Of a DNA stretch of 64,000 bases, positions 50,460 to 64,000 are shown one piece after another. The stretch is from Octopus bimaculoides (taxonomy: Eukaryota), in contig NC_068986.1 of NCBI RefSeq assembly GCF_001194135.2, forward strand, positions 30,349,091-30,413,090. Reading direction: 5' to 3'. The notes beneath the pieces were generated by a model. That model did not search any database. It worked only from the letters and a program-made list of their open reading frames with translations, and was not told the origin of the DNA. Made by a program: the position numbers and the translations under genes. Within the stretch, counting starts at the first letter, position 1. Each line of letters opens with the position of its first letter.

Positions 50460-50820
50460 GCAGCAGCAGCATTCATCATCATCATCATCATCGTCATTTA
50501 ACATCCGCTTTCCATGCTAGCATGGGTTGGACGATTTGACTGAGGACTGGTGAACCAGATGGCTACACCAGGCTCTAATCTGATCTGGCAGAGTTTCTAC
50601 AGCTGGATGCCCTTCCTAACACCAATCACTCCGAGAGTGTAGCGGGTGCTTTTACGTGCCACCGGCACGAGGGCCAGTCTGGTGGTACTGGTAACGGCCA
50701 TGCTCAAATGGTGTTTTTACGTGCCACCTGCACAGGAGTCAGTCCAGCGGCACTGTCAACGACCTCACTCGAATGTTTTGTTCACATGCCACCGGCACAA
50801 GTGCCAGTAAGCCGATGCTT
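50460..50820 (-). mobile_element. Family C retroposon, long form
   Basis: (CAT)n, tail and three gtgcc-N3-ggcac-type units in reverse complement. Confidence 0.9.
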
Positions 50821-53800
50821 GTAAAATGATCTACTTACAAAAATCTTAACTGCCTACAGCCATGCTACCTATTTCCTCTGTCTATTAACAGTAACTGGGG
50901 CAACTATAAAAAATTAAAAAAAACACAATGATACAAACCACAGTTGTGTGGCTCTATTTGCTGCATTCCCAGACAATGGTGAAATAGATCTTGAGTAATG
51001 TACTTCATACATGCAATCAAAAAAGAGGGAAATTTTCCAAAGCAACACATTAACTCCAAGAAGCATGAAATTGATTCTCTGCTTCAGTATCAATAAAATG
51101 TCTTACAAAGAAAAAGAGCCCATTTGTTTCAACACTACTGATGATGATAACAACAACAACTTTGGTTTTCCCTACAATCTTCATATTTATTCTTCAAATT
51201 ATATGAAGAATAGTTTCGGCCAGTCACCCCTAGCCACCTAACTCTCTGTATGTACACACACACATATATACACGTGTACACACATACACACATGTGCATG
51301 AAAATACATAAAATAAAACTATTTTTGTTCCAATTGTTAAAATGCTAAACTTGTCTTAATTGCACAAAAAATATATATGTATATAAAAATTTGGCGCATT
51401 TTCATTTTCTCAGTATTTCAGACACACACGCGCACACACACACACACACACACAGCTATGTATCTGTATGTGTGTATATGACAATGGTGATGATGATGAC
51501 ATTGAGAGAATAGGTTTTATACATGCTACTATGTTGAATGATTTTAATGTAAGTGAATCTGCTATTTATAAAGTTGCTCGAGGGTGTTTCAGCTGCAGAC
51601 AGTTCCAGCCAAAGTCACTTTCTGTCTTAATTTCTGGATACATTACAAGTACCAGTTGATAATCACATTGTATAGAACCTGTCTCAAATGCTAATTGTAA
51701 CAAGTTAATTTGCATATTTAGAATTTATTTTTAACTTTGTACTCATTCGCTCTGTTCCAATTGAATTTGGTTTCAACCAGCTTCTAATAAACAATACTGT
51801 TATCCAAATGTAATTTCTAGCATTGGTCTGAATTCAATCAGTGCAATAAATCTGTGGGGGGGTTTTGTTTTTTTTTTTTTTTTTTTTTTGTAAAAATTAT
51901 TTTATTCACTGACCTGATTGAAATGCTAATCATATACAGGAGACAGCTGTGGATGATCAGTAAAACAAACTAAGATGGTATTGTAAACAGTCAAGGTTCA
52001 CAATGATGCAGCAGTAAATTAGTAACAATTAAACAGTTGACATTCCATCATCTATTTACTTGTTGCCAATTCATTGTTACATTATCATGGTCTTGATAAA
52101 AGTGAAAGTAGGTTTCCCTCCTATCAATTGCAGGAGGCACAAGCATTTTTACACACACATATGTATGCACATGATGGTAACCTCAACCTACAAAATTCAA
52201 TCATAAGACTTCAGTCAGTCTGAGGCTATAGCAGAAGACACTTGCCCAAGGTGCCAAGCAGTGTGACTGAAACTGAAACCCTGTGGTTGAGAAGCAAGTT
52301 TCTGGGGGAAGGGAACTAGTCTATTTATACTGGCCCTAGTGTTCGACTGGTACTTATTTAATTGAGCCCCAAAGGGGATGAAAGGCAAGACTGACCTCAG
52401 TGAAATTCACACTCAGAACATAAAGACAGACAAATATAATAACAATCTTTTCTACTATAGGCACAAGGCCTGAAATTTGGAGGAGTTGGGTCTAGTCAAT
52501 TACACTGACCCCAGTGCTCAACTGTGGAGCAATTCTGGTCTAAGAGATGTCCACTGCATCTCTGTCTACTGACTAGAGGTCACTGAGCAAGTGACCTTGT
52601 TTCTAAGTTGACACAAAACAACAAATATTTACACCTCCTGCACTGAGTAAAGTCATGTCAAAGTAGGACAGTATACACACACCTTAGTCTTTGGGAAGAG
52701 CAGATAGTCAACTTCTTGGTTCTTTGTTCAGAACGGTGTCCCTTAAAAGACCTTTCTAATAGACTTTGGTCTTAACACACATTTTCTGAAAATTCCCATC
52801 ACTTCCTGAGAAATTGTTTAAGAGTGTATTGTATACATTTACCAACATTTTTATTAATAATCTACCATAAACTGTTTTGCAGATGATTTTCTCATATTCT
52901 TCCATTTCTTTTGATATTGTTTGCCTTTAAATTGTTTTGTTATGTAGTCCAGTTGTTTCTGCTTATAGCAGTGAAGTTGGTGATGCTTTCTGTTTTGTGT
53001 TTTCGGCTCTGTATGTTGTTGCTGTTGTTGTTGTTGTTTTGATTGTGTGTTTTCCAATAATAATAATGCTAGAACACAAAGCATTCAAATGTTCTAAACA
53101 ATAAAAGAAAAGCGGTTTTAACATTCTGAAAAATTACTTTTAACATTCAGACAAATATTTTTCATATGATAAATATGATGCCTTTCCTTTTAATGCAAAC
53201 CCATATTTCTATTTCTCTCTCTCCTTTTTATTATTTTTTTTATTGTAACGTGTGAAAAGCAATCAAGTGAAACAGCTAGTGCATATTTTACCCAACTAGT
53301 AATATTCTAGTCATATTATCTATTTATGTTGTAAAGCTTTATGATGCTATAAAGTTTTACAACATAATAGATAATACAACCAGAATATATTTTGTATTAT
53401 TTTAGTTAAGTTTATACCAGTTATGACCTTAGCATTTAACACAATAAATACATACACACACACTATACACACACACACTATACACACACACACACCGTCC
53501 CACCCATGCTAGCATGGAAGACGGACATTAAATGATGATGATGATGACATATATATACATACATACATACACACACACATATATCCACATTGAGACACAC
53601 ACACAGAGAGGGCCATGCTTGTGTAGTTGCGCTGATGGTTTCTCAGACAAACACCTGTGGCTTCAGGAGGTCCAATCCCATGATACCTTAGGCAAGTATG
53701 TCCTACTATAAACCTGGGCTAACCAATGCCTTGTGAGGGAATTTGGTAGATAAAAACTCAAAGAATATATGCATACATATATGTGTGCACATGAGTGTAT

Positions 53801-54201
53801 ACATTAGTGCCTACTTTTCCATGCTCACATGAGTCATATGGAATTTATTGAAGCAGGTTTTCTATGGGCAGATGCCCTTCTTATCATCAACTCTTAACTG
53901 ATGTCAAGCAAGTCAATATTTTCCCAAGTCTTTGGCAGGCTTTGGACATGTTTTTTAAGGAAGACTAAAAGTGAATAACTTCATTTGTATGATGGTGATG
54001 CTCCTTTACAGTTGTCAAGTGATGTCAAAAACAAACATACACACACACATACACAACAGGCTTCTTTCAGATCCCATCTACAAAATCCACTCAGAAGACT
54101 TAGGTTGGCCTGGGGCTATAGTAGAAGACAGTTGCCCTAGATGCCATACAGTGTGGCATCTAGGCCATTGTGTTTTGTACACACACACACACACACACAC
54201 G

Positions 54202-54237
<36 letters not shown>

Positions 54238-54481
54238 CACACACACATGTGATTTTAATGGTAAGTGTTGAGATGGATACAACTTGGCACATCTACCATG
54301 GGTAGAGAAGATGCAGGTTTGAGCCTTCAATCTTCTTTTACCATTCAAAGGTTTTTAACCCCAAATATTACATGCTGTTATTTATAACTATATCCACTTT
54401 GAGATTCACCATTAAAATTATTTATTTTAGATGTTCTTGAAGCTTCTACATTTCCATAATGTAAATGTGCATGCATGCACC

Positions 54482-54519
<38 letters not shown>

Positions 54520-57500
54520 TACAGAGTTACATGTTTGCTTACACATTTGTACACTAGTGAGCACACATTTGGTATGTGAAATTCCAGCAAAAAGAATATA
54601 AAACAAATTTTACCATAAAAAGATATATTATTGAAATAAAATAATAATAAAAAAAGAACATTTTTCCAATAAGGAACATAAATATATAGGTGGAAAATTA
54701 TTGTAACAAATGCTTTTAAACACATACATTCCAAAATCGCTGAAGAAATGAGGAAGAAAACCTGAATCATCAATAAAGACATAAAAATAATGGAAATCAA
54801 TATGACAAAACAAAGAATATAAAAGATAACATATAAAATATATGGAGGATAAGGATTTAGAATCCCTTATGATAGTGGCTATGATAGAACTTGACTATTG
54901 CCAAGCAATAATAGACAAACTGTGAAATTTAAGGTCAATAGAGATTTTAAATATGGCGCTGTATTTTTTTAGCATTAAAAAGGATTTATTAGCAGTTTTA
55001 GCTATGAGCTGATTAACCCTTTCATTATATTTATGCTGAAGTACACAGTCTTTGAGTAAATTTTGAAAATGAAGAAGAATTTATTAAAATGACTGTCACT
55101 AATAAGCTGGTATTTGGAACATGAATTAAGATGAAATTTTGAAAGTAGGTTTTAATTTAGGTCACTTTAAACAGGAAGTTTCTATCACAGAACCAACAGC
55201 AGTCTCAGAAGATATAGATTGGACTTTGCTATATCTTCAAATGAGAGAGATAAAACTTAATTGAAGAGATGGCAGTTCCACAGATTACACAGAAAATCTA
55301 TATAGAAATACATTTGTTGAAATATAAAATTGTTACTGGATGTTACATTGAGACTGGTACTCTCTGAGAGAGAGTGGGGATGTGAGATGCAAACTGATGT
55401 GGCGCACCAGTTGTTGAATAAATATTAGTATCATCTTCACCATAGACACCAATGCAAGCTATGTAAGAGATCAAACACTGATATATCTGTAAAACAGAAT
55501 ATATAACAGTAAAATCCTAATTCAATATGAACACGATGTCAATAAAATTTGCTTGCAACTAAAATTAATGGTTTTGTGAATTTTTCGAAAACGTCCGTCC
55601 TTTTTGTCCCACTCTGTATATAAAACATCCTACTGCATTTTTGTAATTGAATATTATTAGGAATTGTATTAAAAATTGTTAAAATATTTTCTATATTGTA
55701 GAAGTATAATTGCACATAAATTTTAACAACAAAATGTTATATGGACCCCCAAGGGCCATTTGGACCCCAGTTGAGAACTATTGTTTTAAGCTTATCAGTG
55801 CTTTTTTCTTCTGCTGTAGACACAAAACCTGAAATTTTGAAGGAGGTGGAGCTAGGAGGGAGCTAGTCGATTACACTGATCCCAGTACTTGACTGATACT
55901 TATTTTTTCAACCCCAAAAGGACGAAAGCAAAGCTGACCTTAACGGAATTTGAACTTAGAGCATAAAGAGGGAATTGCCGCTAAGCAATTGTCCAGCACA
56001 ATAACAATTCTGTTGCCTTGCCACCAATGCTATATTTTGGTCAGTGCTAACCCCGAGAGAAGAGGAATGACCTTGGTTCCCATACAGGTTATTTTAGTTT
56101 TGTGCAAAACTAAATTCTGTAGTTTTGCTTTATCATATCTGTTGTACATCTCGAATGTTCAAGAATGGTAATCCCTATCCTTGTGCAATACCAGATAATA
56201 GTTTCTTCCAACAACCTACAAATTCCACAACTAAATAACTTCAACCAGTTTCCAATCATGATTAAGAATCGATATCTTACTTAGAACCTGACAAGGATGA
56301 GGATTAATTATTGTGAGGATTAATCATCATGAGGATTAGTCCTTCTTAGACAAGGCATTTTGTCTGAGGCCGTAGTGGTTCTGCCAACCCTCCGAACTAG
56401 AGTATAACATTAATGCTTCCATTTCTTCTAAGAGCTAAAATAATCGCAATATATTTCATGGAATACTGAAGATTAGGGCTTCTTAGATCAATATAGATGA
56501 TTAAATAGAAGAAAGCACTTGAGTTGTTTGTATAAAAATGTATTCAGAAAGGAAGTTTGATATTAGAACATTAATTCAATGTAGGGTATTCTAAAGATAA
56601 GATCTGCATCAGTGTGATAACAATATCCAAAAGGTTTCAGGAACAAAAGTAACAAAAAAACAAATGAGAGTACAATATTGCTTTTATGTCAGTTTTTCTA
56701 TGCTGGTATGAGTTACATGGATTTTTTCTGTTTGGCTGTATCTGTGGAAATTTTTAAGTTTAAAGAAAATTTGAAAATTTGGTGTATTGATGTAATTTTC
56801 CGTGCTGAATCTCAGGGGCTAATTCACTCCCCACCCCAGAAAGTTCTTTTTTAAAGTTACAGAGGTTTAAATTTTGATTATTTTAACCCAGTCAGAAAAC
56901 ACGATTTGGAAGCTGTCGTTTTGTGCATGACTGCATGTGTTGTCAACTGTAAACAAATGAAATGTTGACAGAATTCTGCTTCATGCACACCATATAACCC
57001 CCTCATAACTTTTATATTTTTTGGAATTTTCAGAAAATTTTTGCGAATTTGTATTCTACACACAGGAATTCATACAATTATCCAAAAACAAAAACTTTGG
57101 TGCATGATATAAGGCCTATTTAGCCATTATTTTTAGCACATTTTACGAGCACTTCATACTGCCCCCCTCCATGGGGGATGCGAATACTTCCCACTTTGGA
57201 TATCACAGATATAGAAGACACTTTCCCAAGGTGCCATGCAGTGGAACTGAACTCAGAGCCATGTGGTCAGAAAGCAAACTTCTTACCACACAGCAATGCC
57301 TGCACATATATTTACAACAGTAATCTATAAATATTACTCAAACTACATATTAGTGAAATATCCATGACACAACCCAGTATTTGAGTATTAAGAATTACCT
57401 GTCAATATTCTAAATACAAATTAATATATATATATATTGTGCAAAAATATATGTACATTGTACTAAAGGAAAGGAAAGAAATGAATTATAAGATTAAGAA

Positions 57501-58226
57501 AATAATACCATGAAAATATGAAAACTTAATATTGCTGAAAATATATTTGAAAATTTAAACAATAAAATCATTTTGAATTATTAATATAATAAATCCAATT
57601 CTAGTTAGAAATAAATAATTTGAACATAACTTGAAATTGGAAACCCAGAACATTTCTGTATTGAACAAAATTTATTGCAGTTACCTTTAACTTTTTATAG
57701 AAAAACAAATCTTGATGTTAGCATTAACTTGATACTCTAATCAGTGGATTAGCAGAATCTTTACAGTATCAGGCAAAATGCCTTGTGGTATTTCTTCAGT
57801 CTCTTTTTATTTTCTAAATTTCAAGTCCCACTGGTGTCAACTTTGTCTCTCATCCATCCGGAATTAATACGATAAAGTATCAGTCAAGTACTGGAGTTGG
57901 TTTAATAAACTTGGCCGCCCCCGTTCCCGAATTTATGGCCTTGTGCCTATATTAGAAATAGTGTTATGCACTACTTCTACAATAATTTTTCAACCAATAT
58001 TCTCTACTTCTAAATTGCTAAAATTTCTAAATCCTCAAGAGAAGTGACTGTGTGGTAAGTAGCTTGCCCACCTGCCACATGTTTCCGAGTTCAGTCCCAC
58101 TACATGGCACCTTGGGCGAGTATCTTCTACTATAGCCTTGGGCTGACCAAAGCCTTGTGAGTGGATTTGGTAGACGGAAACTGAAAGAAGCCCGTCATAT
58201 GTATATGTGTGTGTGTGTGTGTGTGT

Positions 58227-58507
58227 AATGACTGAATGGATTTAGTGAACTGAAAGAACAGTTCAAAGTTGATCCAGACTTTTCTTCGAAGGTCATCACT
58301 GGTGACGAAAACTGATGTTATGGAATTTGCAGATGTGGAAGAGGTGAAGGAAAAAAAAACAATGGAGGTGTTAAAAAGTATCACTTTGCAAGAGTTTAGG
58401 CCCTGCTTCGAATGGAGAATACTTTGGTGATAAAAGTGTAAACATATAAAACTAAGTGAATAAAATAGCATTGCAAAATTCCAGTTTATTTTGGATACCC
58501 CCTTGTA
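58227..58507 (+). mobile_element. Internally deleted mariner relic (3' end)
   Basis: 'DPDFSSKVITGDEN' (first catalytic-Asp motif), 'FADVEEVKEK...ITLQEFRPCFE', 'GEYFGD'; TIR ttccagtttattttggatacccccttg|ta. Confidence 0.8.
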
Positions 58508-58519
58508 TATATATATATA

Positions 58520-58718
58520 TATATGTGTCATGTAAAAAGCACATAGTACATTCTGGATAGTGGTTGGCATTAGGAAGGGCATCCAATCATAGAAACCATA
58601 CCAAAACAAACAATTGGAGCCTGGTGCAGCTCTCCAACTGGCCAGCTCCCATCAAACCATCCAGCCCATGCCAGCATGCAAAACATGTTAAATGATGATG
58701 ATGATGGTGATATATAAA

Positions 58719-58751
<33 letters not shown>

Positions 58752-58752
58752 G

Positions 58753-58793
<41 letters not shown>

Positions 58794-59760
58794 NNNNNNN
58801 NNNNNNNNNNNNNNNNNNNNNNNNNNNNNNNNNNNNNNNNNNNNNNNNNNNNNNNNNNNNNNNNNNNNNNNNNNNNNNNNATATACACATACTTACATGC
58901 ACACACACACACACACATACACGCATTCTCTGAGTGGTTGGGGTTAGGAAGGGCATCCAGCTGTAGAAACTCTGCCAAATTAGATTGGAGCCTGGTGTAG
59001 CCATCCAGTTGCACCAGTCCTCAGTCAAATCGTCCAACCCATGCTAGCATGGAAAGCGGACGTTAAACGATGATGATATATAGATAGATAGATATACACA
59101 TATTTATATTGCGAGCTTGGACACTAAACCCCACTTGCGAAGACCTGTTGAGGCAAGTGAAATCGAAATCGAACTAAATTCAATGACTGGCACCCATGCC
59201 AACGTCTCCTTCATTGGACACAAAACTCGGCTTGTGAAGACCTGTTTGGGCAAGTGAAAGTGAAATCGTGATGGCACCTGTACCAGTGGAGTGCTAAGAG
59301 CACCGTCTGAGCGCGATCGTTGCCAGAGCAGCTGTCNNNNNNNNNNGCTAAGAGCACCGTCTGAGCGCGATCGTTGCCAGAGCAGCTGTCTGGCTTCCGT
59401 GCCAGTGGCACATAAATAGCACCATTTGAGCGTGACCATTACCAGTGTTGCCGGCACATGAAAAGACATTCTAGTGAGGTCGTTGCCAGTACCGCTGGAC
59501 TGGCTCCTGTGCAGGTGGAACGTAAAAAACACCTTTTTGAGCGAGGCCATTGCAAGTACCGTGTGACTGGCCTTTGTGCCGGTGGCACGTAAAAGCACCC
59601 ACTACACTCTCTGAGTGGTTGGCGTTAGGAAGGGCATCCAGCTGAAGAAACTCTGCCAAATCAGATTGGAGCCTGGTGTAGCCACCTGGTTCACCAGTCC
59701 TCAGTCAAATGGTCCAACCCATGCTAGCATGGAAAGCGGACGTTAAATGATGATGATGAT
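58520..59760 (+). mobile_element. Cluster of three same-strand family C copies
   Basis: About 58520-58705, 58925-59075 and 59105-59760 (long form). Confidence 0.85.
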
Positions 59761-59934
59761 ATATATATATATATATATATATCCCAATATAAAAATGCTA
59801 ACAATATTTTAGGTTCCCATAACAGAATCACTAAAAGAACTGCAGTTAAGAAACCATCAATATACATAAATTCATGTCATATACGCTTCACATTAAAAAA
59901 AAAGTCATGAAAATCAACATGTACAGAGTCATGT

Positions 59935-60090
<156 letters not shown>

Positions 60091-60964
60091 ATGAGACATG
60101 ATCATAAATAAAAATAACTGAAATCATTTTTATTTATATAATGTACTGCTCTATTTTTCTAGGATTTTATAAAACTACTATATAATATTTTACAAATACA
60201 TAAAATTACAAAGAAAAAGACTGATGGCCATTTTATTTCCTAAAGACAGACAATATATTGAAAAGTTCTAGGACAATATTATATTTCAGAAAGCACTTTA
60301 CATTATTGCATCAGAATGTCTAGTTTTTTTCCATTTTATTTTTATTGATTCATAACATTTTGGGAAATCTATCATCACCATTATTTACTGTTGTCTTTAC
60401 AAAGAAATATTTATATTTCCAGAATGGATGAGTTGTATAAAAGTTATGTATATAATATATACAACCAAAAGTATATGTGCATACGCAAACATGCGTATGC
60501 TGCATTGTATGAGACAGCATATGTATGTGCATGTGGAAATGCATATATGTGGCGTGTGTGTGCACTCGAAGTCAAATCTGAAGCTGCACGTTCACAAATG
60601 TATACAGCAAGAATTATGTGTAAAAACACAGCAAAAAAAGATGAGATAATATCAATGCCCATGTATAAAACCATGCATATTACTGGCTCGGTGCATTAAA
60701 TAAATAACCACCATAAATACAAATGCATAACCCACCCCTCAAAACATGTAGAAATCACTCAAATACACCCACTCAAATATATATAAAAGGCTTATGAACA
60801 GATGTGTGTGTGTGCACGCCACATAAAAAGCACTGGTGCTGGTGTCACAGATAAAGCACCCAAGACACTCTGTAAAGTAGTTTGCATTACAAAGAGCATC
60901 AAACCAAGTCAAAACAGACTATGGAACCTGGTGCAGCCCCTGGCCTTGCCAACGCCTGTCAAGC

Positions 60965-61318
60965 CACCACTCCTAAAGCATGAAAACCACTCATAAACCT
61001 GTGTTTTGCTCATGGAAGAATCTTTGTAAGCTGTTTGAAGCATGGCAACTGTTTCAGCCACCATTTTCCCCAGCAGAAAACAGAATTCCACAAAAGCACA
61101 CTGTTCCTTCATTTCAGCCATCTCAAAAAACAATGAACATGCTAGAAGCACTGCAAAACAAAGATGCACCATATGGCAGTATGACATGACTGGACAATGC
61201 CAATCGGCAGACTGATGCCTAAGAATTGCATCAAGTGGCTTCTAGCAGCAGTAGCCTGAATTACAACGGGCTTGTCCCACAGAGAACATTTCCAGTTACT
61301 TTTGGGTACCCACTCATA
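60965..61318 (-). mobile_element. Mariner relic (5' TIR and N-terminal helix-turn-helix)
   Basis: 'EQCAFVEFCFLLGKMVAETVAMLQTAYKDSSMSKTQVYEWFSCFRSG'; TIR ta|tgagtgggtacccaaaagtaactggaa, similar to the TIR at 58507. Confidence 0.85.
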
Positions 61319-62754
61319 TATATTAGATACATATGCATACACACATGGTAGTGGATTGTGAAATCACTTCCATATTAAACAATAAACAAAATGGCTTATT
61401 AGGTTCCCAGTTCAAAAGCTACTCAGAAACTTTACCTTCTATTCTTTCAAGGTTAATATGATACCTTTGAAGGTGGTGGTCAAATATGCTACAGTCAAAT
61501 GACTAGAACCAGTAAAGGAATAAATGAAAAAAATAGAAATATACATATATGTCCACACATGCATATACATACATATATACACACACACACACATTGAGTC
61601 CTTAGACAAAATGATAACTTATGGGACTTGCTTCCACAGATACACATACATAAAGATAGATAGATAGATATAGACAGAGAGAAATAGATAGATAGATAAA
61701 CAGAATGCTTTTGGCTATTTAATTATTAACAATGCTATAGCATTATCCACAGAAAACTATTATCTGAAGTATTTTCCAAACACACACCTATAGAGGTGAG
61801 AATCTATATTTATATTGTTTTACCTATAGTTACACTAATTTTATATAAACTCTTCTCCAGGCTGGTTTTACAGTTGTTCTCTATCTTCTCACCTTCTTCT
61901 TCTATTATTATAATATGTATTTTACACTGTACATATCATTACAGCTTTGTGATTTTGGCTCGTATTGTTTAATATTTTTTGTTGTTTTTGCTTGTTTTTG
62001 GTTGGGTCTTTTTTTGTATTGTTCTATACGATAATATAAACATACTGGTCTTCATTTTTCACTTGCAATAGATTTCCACTGGCTGCACACGTGAATATGG
62101 CTGTGTGCACGGGAAGGAGAGAGAAAGAGGGAACACAATAGTCAGGGAAAAGATCTGATAATACACTTTCACCTTGGAATCAAGAAAGAAACACACACAC
62201 ACGTTACACGTATGTCAAAGAAGAAGAAGAAGGAGGAGGAGGAGGAGGAGGAGGAGAAGAAGAAGAAGAAGAAGAAGAAGAAGAGAGTGGTGAAGGAAAT
62301 TAACAGTTGCCCAAAATGAAACAACTCATAGAAAACAATTGCTCTATCTTTCATCACAAGCACATGCTGGCTTGTCAACAGCTCGTATTTAACTCTTTTA
62401 CTGACTGACTAGACATATACCAAAAAGAGGCTTGTAGCTAGCTTATACAATAGAACTAGAGATATACAGTATAAGCAGTGTCAGCTATGAATCAACTGGC
62501 TGCCTATTATGATGACTCAGCTATCTGATAATGTACTGTGACCAGCGTTGGTTAAGACACATGTATCATGAATGAAACACAACTAAAAATGCATTTGAAT
62601 TGCTTTGTAAATTTATCATTGCTAAATGTGTCTCAGAGGTTTTTAATCCTCTTAAATGGGTTACTTTCAATCAACAGTAAATACCATTAAAGATGAGATG
62701 GCAAATGAAGATATTAAGGCTCTTGTTATCACTGTCACCTTTATGGATCTTTTC

Positions 62755-62950
62755 TTTTTTTACTTGTTACAGTCATTACACAGTGGCCAAACTGGAGCAT
62801 TGCCCTGAAGAATTTTACTCAAATAAATCAAGCCCAGTACTGATTTATTTTAAGCCTAGTATTTATTTTATCATGCTATATTGCTGAACCACTAAGTTAC
62901 AGGGATGTAAACACATCAACATTGGTTGTCAACTGGTAACAGGGAATAAG

Positions 62951-63010
<60 letters not shown>

Positions 63011-63140
63011 ATGGGCTTCTTTCAGTTTCTATCTACCAAAACCATTCACAAGGCATTAGTCATCCAGGTGTTATAGTAGAAGACACTTATCCAAGGAGCC
63101 ATAAAGTGGGACTGAACCCAGCACCACGTGGATGGGAAGC
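62755..63140 (-). mobile_element. SINE family A, diverged full length
   Basis: Tail, (CA)/(TA) spacer, body and head in reverse complement. Confidence 0.8.
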
Positions 63141-64000
63141 AAACTTATATATTACAGTAAAATCTACCTATAACAACAAATTCACAGTAAAATTTGCTTG
63201 AGTTATTGCCAAGTCTTCACATTTTTAGTCTTGACCCAATGCCTATTTTTTACATAATGAATTTGCCTACCATATATACTATTCTACTTTGCATAAAACT
63301 TTAGCTATATTGGTACTTCTGGCTCTCATTTTTTAAGTATTCTAGCGTGTCAATATATTAACAAAATGATGGTACTTTTTTTTAATTATAATGTTACTTT
63401 ATAAATTAAAATCAAATAATTTTTAATATTCAAATTTTATCCTTAGCTGCAATATTTTAAGGAAAACATTTCTTGTTCTGTACTTTACCAAATATAATGA
63501 CTTGTCCTGTACTTTTCAAGGTTTATAATCTTAAGAATATTATTTCTCTTGCTCGCATTTTTCCATGTAATCCATGTTTTTTTCCAGGCTATGCTATTAT
63601 GCTAATTAATAATGTGTCAATTAATAATTTAAGATTTTACTTTATTGAAAATTGAATAATAACTCAATAAATTTCTAAATAATATTTTAATTTTTAATAC
63701 AGATGATGTAATTAAACTAATTGCAAATTAGTGGGGTCATTGATAATTTTTTCCTTACCTCAATGATGTTGGTGACATATATTAAAAGTCCCCTTACTGA
63801 ACTATATTCATAAAAAAGTATAGAACTATATTATCACCCTCAAATTTGAGAAACAAACACTCAACTTTTTTCTTTTAAAACTTCATTGCATGAGATTGAT
63901 ACCATGAAATTCCTTGAATTGAGCTCTATCATTTAAACTTAATCAAAATATAGTTTGTTTTTAAAATAAAAAAGTTAACTATACTTAAATCCAATTTTTT

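Noticed and set aside
18676-59037. Long ORFs of 100-270 aa in the ORF track containing X runs
   Set aside because: They simply span assembly N-gaps.

Overview
AT-rich, repeat-dense eukaryotic genomic DNA with 12 N-gaps and many (TA)n/(CA)n/(AG)n/(CAT)n microsatellites. The tRNA-headed SINE families and overall texture look like an octopus (cephalopod) short-read scaffold; this is recognition-based inference, not a database result. No complete gene or long intact ORF is present. Much of the window is interspersed repeats: at least four SINE-like families, CR1- and RTE-type LINE fragments, maT (DD37D-type) and mariner relics, piggyBac- and hAT-like MITEs, and a Helitron pair. Seven short + strand segments have good splice sites and mutually compatible phases and may be exons of one unidentified multi-exon gene. 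The most interesting signal is RNA-level. Two separate segments, each bounded by inverted repeats and abutting (TA)n, contain a minimal type-I hammerhead ribozyme motif with intact CUGANGA and GAAA cores on the + strand (24070-24196, 49018-49055). Two more decayed hammerhead-like relics lie on the - strand. These resemble the hammerheads of Penelope-like retroelements/retrozymes, but the inverted-repeat packaging and the ~100-nt stem II of one copy deserve testing. Repeat boundaries without TIR/TSD support are approximate.
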